Origin: Hormiphora californensis
Lineage: Eukaryota; Animalia; Ctenophora
DNA length: 64,000 nt
Direction: 5' to 3'
NCBI GenBank assembly: GCA_020137815.1
Contig: CM035362.1
Span: 2,666,001 to 2,730,000, forward strand
Shown here: piece by piece, positions 53,119 to 64,000 of the stretch
How positions within the stretch are numbered: the first letter of the stretch is position 1
How the letters are laid out: the number at the start of each line of letters is the position of its first letter
Notes under the pieces: model-generated
What the model was told of the DNA's origin: nothing
What the model saw: the letters and a program-made list of their open reading frames with translations, nothing else
Database searches by the model: none
Position numbers and translations under genes: made by a program

Positions 53119-53890
53119 TGCTAAAATAGATTATGGTTAGTATTGATTTTCGTAAACCTATTGCATTTTAGAACTCTTTTAATTGCAGGAATCTGGAACT
53201 AGGCAGGGTCTAGGGACCTGCCGTCCCAGATTTTGGCAGAATTTTTGTTGAAATCTTTGCACAAAATCTTAAAATGTCAACAGGCTGTAGAGCCTGGTAT
53301 TTCTGAAGGATGAGACTTCCCAATTAAGAGAGAAATAGTTGCTTGCGCAGCAAGTAGCAACCTGTATCGTAGAGCATTCAAGGGAAAGCCAAAAGTTAAA
53401 AAAAAGAAATCCAAGAAAGTTTCAAAAAGTCATCGAGAAAATTTTACATTTTTGTTGTCGCGCGCGAAGATCAATTTCATTTTGCAGCGGATAAAGTAAA
53501 TTTAATGCGCGTTACAATAATTACAAAAATCGGCAGCGCAAAAGAGTCTCGCAAAACATGTTTTGTGCCACATACGAAAAAAAAACTTGCGGTGTCAAAT
53601 AAAAATTCCCTTAACTCGAAAGTTGAAAAGCGCTGCCTTATCCCGCGCTGCGGGGGCCAGCAACGTTTGCCAAACTCGAAAGCGGAAAGCCACGCCTTGC
53701 CCTCTCCCCTACACCCCCATCGGGGCTGAACCCCTGGGCCCTGCTTGTTGGGGGGTTACCACCACGCCCCTGGCAGTAGCTACCGCTCCTAAAGTCCGTT
53801 TCAAGCGACATGACCCGTAATTCTTGGAATTTGGCGCATTGCGCGTGTATTTACAAAGGGGAAATCCTGAATTTCCAGGAATCTCAGGTC

Positions 53891-54884
53891 ATGTCGTTTG
53901 AAAAGCACTTTATCACCGGACGCACAGGCCACAGATGCGCTGGGCCGGTGGCCAAGGTTTGTCCCTACCCTAGAGCCAGGCTGTTGTCAAGCGTTGCAGT
54001 CCCGAGTCCACTCGGCCTCACACGTCGAATTGTTTGATTCCTTGCAATCTCGAGAGAATTCCGGCCGGCAGCGTACAGCAAGAGGGATAATTGAATTTTG
54101 CAGTAAATTTTTGAGGTCGCTGTACGGCCAGCGTTAAAATCTGGTTGTTTCGTGAGTGCTGACAAACGGTTTTTCAGGCTTAGGGCTAAAGTAGGGTTTG
54201 GGTTTGGGTTGGGGTTAGGCCTTGACATTTCCTACCAGAAAAACTTTGAATTAGCCAAAACAGTTGAGTGGTTTGGCGGTTAGAGCCATTTTAGTGAATC
54301 AACTTTTTTTTTTGCAGTGTGCACCTGTAAACAGGCCACCAAACACCCAGATCGTTACGGCGCCCTCGCTGTACCATCAGGATGCTCAAGTCCGTTTGAC
54401 TCAATTAAACCCAATAGCATTTGGCATGGTTAGTAAACCTGAGCCTCAACACGTTGCTCAACTACATCACTCTTCTCTGAATTTCCATGCTCAACTCCTG
54501 ACACGATGTCTTGTTGTCGCTCTGCAAACAAGAAACACAAATGATGCCATCAGATGTTTCATGTGCCTTACGAACTATCATTTCCTTGATTCTGTGGCAA
54601 CTAATTTGTTGGAGTATGGACTAAAGGTACTTGAATTACGAGATGTTGCAGAGGAGGAAACTGAGTCGCTAATTCGAAATCTGATCAGTTTGAAAGGACC
54701 GTATCTTTACAAACATGTCAAAGCGTTAGCACAGTGGTACCTTAGACAAGAGAACCCAGTCCAAGCAGAGGCTTTAGTGAAATCAAAACTGAATGGTAAT
54801 GCAATGAAACAGTTGTTGGTTGAACTGGGACTTGTGGTTGATGAAGATTTAGGGAGCCAGTTTACACCAATCGTTGTCGATTAA
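53891..54884 (+). pseudogene. Orphan helical-looking ORF split by a MITE (and one +1 shift)
   Basis: Removing 54125-54365 plus one TSD joins ...FLRSLY|HQDAQVR... in frame. ATG 53891 follows an acceptor ctcag. Confidence 0.55.
54125..54365 (-). mobile_element. Telomere-repeat MITE, 8-bp TSD tcgctgta
   Basis: Near-identical reverse complement of 31198-31447. Confidence 0.88.
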
Positions 54885-55188
54885 AGTAGATTGTATTACT
54901 GGAGCAGTAATGATGATGTTTTATTTTGGTATTATCAATGATGATCGAAATAGGGGCGATCGGTTTCAAATACATTTCTGGACTATATTCGTTTTTAATA
55001 TCAGATAATTTATTGAATTTGTGTCACATCATTATGTGCAAACAAACATCTTTATTTATTATTTTCTATTTTGGTGTTTTATGCAAAATGAAACGGCTTT
55101 TTCACAATGGGATAAACATTCAAAAATAAAATAAACAATCAAAACGGTTTACAGAATTGAACCAAACTTACATAGTGTCCTATGCAAT

Positions 55189-55303
55189 CTCAGCGATGTC
55201 AATGTACTCTCAGCAATGTCAATGTACTCTCAGCAATGTCAATGTACTCTCAGCAATGTCAATGTACTATCAGCAATGTCAATGTACTCTCAGCAATGTC
55301 AAT
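55189..55303. repeat. 20-bp tandem repeat ctcagcaatgtcaatgtact
   Basis: About 5.5 copies. Confidence 0.9.
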
Positions 55304-55342
55304 GACCTCTTTAGTCTGAACTTTGTCCTACATAATGCAATC

Positions 55343-57105
55343 TCAGACGTCCTTTTTCCTCCACTTTGCCTCACTTAACTTCCACTTCTGGGTCACCTCC
55401 CCGTTACAAGAGTCCAATACAATCACATACGGGGCTTTGTACGTCAGACACCGGTCCGTCTCCACATGTCTCATTTCTCCTAGCTCCTCGTTAAATTGAA
55501 ACCTCTGGGTATTGCCCGGTTGATTCACCACTCCAGTAGGGGAATGACACCCGTAGATTATTATATCAGCTCCATTCTTAGAAGAAGCGGCGTCCAGACA
55601 TTGGTTGTAGCCCACATGCACCTGCACCACTTACTGCGAATGCCAAGAGATGGTTGTCAGTGGAAGAACACGTTTTCCCCCCGACAGTACATTTCTGAAG
55701 CGAGTTTGTTTTGGAACCGTTGAACACAGAACCGGGGATCGTAGATTGATTGGAGTTCACCCACTTTGTTGAAATAAGGCCCATCGAAATGGAGATATGA
55801 GAAATGTTTGTGGACATTCTTTAGATACCACTGATAGTCGTGGGGACATGATTTGTAATCAAAACTACCTCCAATCCGTTCATGCATAACTTCAACCATC
55901 TCCAAACTGTCAGCCCCCACTCCGGCACTTTGACAGAACCTCTTCCACTCGTATATCCCCTCTTGATCCTTCCCAAAGAACATCCCAATTTCAGCAATAC
56001 ACTCACTTTGAAGATTACTGAAGAAGTTTGGCCGGTCCTGAGAGTACCGAGAGAGAACCACATCGGGTCCATTGGTATGAAGAACCATTGAACAGGTTGA
56101 TGACCACAGACCATCACCGCAATTCCATGTCCTCAACGCGATCCTGTTGTTCTCTACTCCCCAGGAGGACTGCTCCAACTGGGCTGACTCAGGGTAGAAA
56201 TGGAGGAGAGTGGATCTGTACCCAGCCAGGGCACCTCCACCAAGTGAGGCCACGGGGAACATGGCAGATGGATCATTGTCAGGCGGACCTACGTCGTAGA
56301 ATTGGAGCATTTGGTAACCAGCGTGCATGTGTAATCCATAGGCAACGTTATTGAGCATTGAAAACTTGGAGTACTCTCCCTCTAGTATCATGTGAACCTG
56401 GGGTACGAAGATTCCGTTTGGTTTTGATTTAAGGAGTGAGATAACGGGGTGAAGCCACAGAAATGATACTTCCATATGGCTGTCTAACATGACAACAATG
56501 TCACCCTTGCTCGCCTCAATCCCCTCCTTTCTCCGATTTGCAATCCCTGAACTCTCCTCATGTCGTATGTATCGTAGGGGCAGGTTCATACGTTCCGAGA
56601 AGTTGTCAACTTCAGATTTCCTGTTTGTTTCACTTCCGTCATCAATTAAAATCACCTCTTTAAGCCACTCGTGAGGGGTGTACACGGATATTGAAGTAAG
56701 ACACCGATACAGTAAGATCATCAGCTCATCTTTGAAAGTAATCACAATGCTAACACCTGCGCCACTGTACGTTGTGGGTAGATACTGGCTCAGACAGGAT
56801 TCATGGGATACCGGCTTAGTGGCGGGAAGGAGTCCGTGCGGTTCTAACGCCCACATTTTAACATCTCGGTGGTATTTTCGTGATAGCACCTCCAGTTCAT
56901 CATCAGTGCGGTTCAGGATCTCCAGCTGGAGTTTGCGGTGAAGGGTGAACAGGTAGGAGAGTTGGGAGGATGAGCCGTGCCCAACAATATGCACATGACG
57001 TCGTTGGTGTGTTTTATAAAGGAGCACAAGCAAGAAACATAAAACGAAGAACAAGAATAGTTTCCTGATGAAATTCTGGCGTAGTAATGTAGAGGGACGG
57101 CGCAT
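55343..57105 (-). CDS. Polypeptide N-acetylgalactosaminyltransferase (GT27) with ricin-B lectin domain; intronless, two apparent +1 frameshifts near 55620-55660
   Basis: Type II TM anchor; SIVITFKDE, EVILIDDGS, LDSHMEV (DxH), WGVEN...RTWNCG; lectin motifs CLDA, GCH, NTQRF, QKW. Confidence 0.88.
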
Positions 57106-57183
57106 CTTGCGGGTTCTCACGTTATTGCTTGCTGTTAGAATAGTTTAATGATGTTTGGTTTGTTTCATGAGGTGAGACGAGAA

Positions 57184-57233
<50 letters not shown>

Positions 57234-57260
57234 TGAGAGAGAGAGAGAGTGAGAGAGAGT

Positions 57261-57352
<92 letters not shown>

Positions 57353-57460
57353 GAGAGTGAGAGTGAGAGATAGTGAGAGAGAGGGTCGGGGGAAGAGACT
57401 CTTTCAGAAAGAATAAGAAAGAGATGGAGGGAGAGAGAAACAGAGAGAGAGAGAGACAGA

Positions 57461-58845
57461 GAGGCAAGTCCCATGGGGGAACTACGTGTGGCAATCGATC
57501 GGCTATGTCCGGTTATCAGAACTGTCCCTGACCTTACCACACTGAACACACTACTGATGGTGGTAGCCCATGTGGTCCGAGAACAAATGGGTATTAAGCC
57601 ACCGAGTGAAGATGGAACTACCATACGGAACAAGCAGCCCATGTGGCTCCGACGACTGGAAGAAAGTGTTGCTAAACTCCGCTCAGACCTCTCAAGACTG
57701 ACTGAAATGAGCAGGGGAACGGGCGCGATTATAATCTGGGTGCCTTGCAGCCTGTTTACAGGTGCGCGCTGCCAAAAGAGTATACTTAGACCGACTTTTT
57801 TCAACCGGCTATAGCCATGGAACCACATGGCCGATTTGTGTAAACTAAACGGTATCAGTTAGAGAATCGATAGCCCTAACCGGTAACCCCAAACCAAACC
57901 CTAACCAGACCCTAACGGATAGCCCTAACCCGTCGCGCACGCCAAAACTACGAATTGTTAGCAATGAAAGGCACCCAGATTTTAACGTTTTCCCAGGGGA
58001 ACTACCCAGAAGTTCCAAACTGTAGATATGATATACAGAAGGTATCCACTTCTGCCGAAGAAGGGGTATAAGCAAGTAATAGAGGAGGTCAAGCAACGAC
58101 TACTTGCAAAGGCAGGGAAGATTAGAAGATACAAGAAGAAACAGAAGACTTTCATTGATAACAACCTGTTCCAGAACAACCAACGAAACTTTTACCGGAA
58201 GTTGGAGAAAGGTGGATCGGACCCCACGCCAGTTAATTGTGACCCAGAAGACCAAACCAGGACACTGAACTTCTGGAAAAACATATGGGAAAACGAAGCT
58301 GGCCATAACACTGAAGCAGAATGGTTGGAGGGAGTCCAGGAGAACTTTGAAACGGTCAACCAACAGGAAGAGTTTCAGATCACCACGGAAAGAGTAGCAG
58401 CTCGAGTGAAAGGAATGACCAACTGGTCATCCCCAGGCATAAATGGTCTCCACGCCTTCTGGATTAAACACACGACTTGCCTCCATGGACGGATAGCTGA
58501 GCTTCTCAATGAAAGCCTCGCTACGAGTCAGGTTCCTGCGTGGATGACTGAAGGTAGGACATTTCTCATAATTAAAGACCCCAAGAAGGGAACGTCCAAC
58601 CCGGGGAACTTTAGGCCCATAACCTGCCTCCCCAACCTCTGGAAACTATACAGGAATATTATCAGAAGACATTTACCAACACCTCGATGTAAACAAGCTC
58701 TTTCCGGAAGAGCAGAAGGGGTGCCGCAAAAAGAGCCGAGGATGTAAAGAACAGCTAGCAATTGACAAACTTATCCTACGTCATTGCAAACGCTCAAAGT
58801 CTTCCTTGTATATGGCCTTCATCGACTACCAGAAGGCATATGACT
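57461..58845 (+). mobile_element. Internal fragment of an RLE-type (R4/Dong-like) non-LTR retrotransposon, interrupted by a MITE
   Basis: KQRLLAKAGKIRRY...FQNNQRNFY, NWSSPGINGL, GNFRPITCL; in a shifted frame EQKGCRKKSRGCKEQL...IDYQKAYD. Confidence 0.85.
57721..57994 (+). mobile_element. Telomere-repeat MITE (divergent subfamily), 8-bp TSD aggggaac
   Basis: Termini gggcgcgattataatctgggtg...cacccagattttaacgttttccc. Excision restores the retrotransposon frame. Confidence 0.85.
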
Positions 58846-59723
58846 AAAGAAAGAGATGGAGGGAGAGAGAAACAGAGAGAGACAGAGAGACAGAGACAGA
58901 GAGACAGAGAGACAGAGAGACAGAGAGACAGAGTAAGAAATACCCTTAGGTTCTTTCCCCTCCTCTATATATATAGCTATAGTCCACACAGAATCTCGGT
59001 AATTACCCCGGAGAGCATAAGACCTTGTGTTATGATCTATCCCTTCCTTTACATTAGGCGCAACACACTGCTCTCCACCACAGACGCAATGGAGGAAAAG
59101 AGAGAATGTTACAATACCATCAAGAGACCATCTCTCGCCCTCATGGTGTGTGGAGAGAGAGAGAGAGAGAGAGAGATGGCGGAACAAGGCAATAGCAATA
59201 GACCTTATGCGGCTGCATGTGGGGAGGTGATGAAGCGAGGGCGGGTTTTGAGGAAACTTAATTCCTTTTGTAATCACTCAACTTTCTTGTTTAAGTTTAA
59301 ATGATCCAAAAAGGCGGACTGAAAATAACTTTTTAGCGTCGTCGAGGTATGAACTTATATCGTAAAGGATTGTGAATTTGATAATAAGAGCCCCAGTATT
59401 ATAATGGATTACTGTACAAGTTTATAATTTCAGCCAGTAAAGTTCCGCATTCCAGCTACAAAGAAGAATCAGTGGGCTGATTTTGAAACGCTTTGTTTTT
59501 TATTTATAGTGCTAACTAGGGTGTTGTCTTATCTACAACGAATTATGCTGCTCAAACAAAAGGGAGGAGATAAAATTGAAAAAAGTGACTTTGAGATAAC
59601 GATTTTGTCTTCGTGTTTTCAGTTTTATATAGTCAAAATATTAAATATTTTGAAATAAAGAATAATTATAAAACTCCAATTCAGCCCGAGATAAAACAAA
59701 CATCAATTTTGTTATAGCTCACG

Positions 59724-64000
<4,277 letters not shown>

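Noticed and set aside
54116-54380. MITE acting as an Introner (self-made intron)
   Set aside because: No GT/AG pair around the element gives an in-frame splice.
55622-55634. Apparent 13-nt intron gtaagtggtgcag that would fix the second GalNAc-T shift
   Set aside because: Below known spliceosomal intron sizes and removes the SG expected in the ricin repeat; a one-base insertion is more parsimonious.

Overview
Eukaryotic, intron-rich, repeat-dense animal DNA, not prokaryotic. It is most likely a ctenophore (Pleurobrachia-like); this is an inference from recalled repeat families and the DEG/ENaC type. Manual splicing gives about 13 protein genes, most of which the ORF track fragments or misses. 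In order: the last exon of an ABCA transporter (75-194,+); a secreted divergent CAP/SCP-like protein (8740-10478,+); a DEG/ENaC channel with an inserted PAN/Apple domain (13852-18438,+); a class A GPCR with a very long ICL3 (19217-24305,-); two tandem thioredoxins (29744-33160,-); a large disordered orphan gene (36029-44666,+); HADH, ATG12 and Rap2 (all -); a MITE-split orphan ORF (53891-54884,+); an intronless polypeptide GalNAc-transferase (-); and PSMC3/Rpt5 (59724 to window end,+). The rest is MITEs, tiny elements with 8-bp target-site duplications (down to 23 bp), LINE fragments, a foldback palindrome and (GA)n/minisatellites. Four observations stand out: the PAN-domain ENaC; the 23-bp mobile units; splice acceptors immediately before almost every ATG (SL trans-splicing/operon-like signature); and recurrent +1 frameshifts next to stop codons (probably assembly insertions, recoding not excluded). 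All exon coordinates were read by eye.
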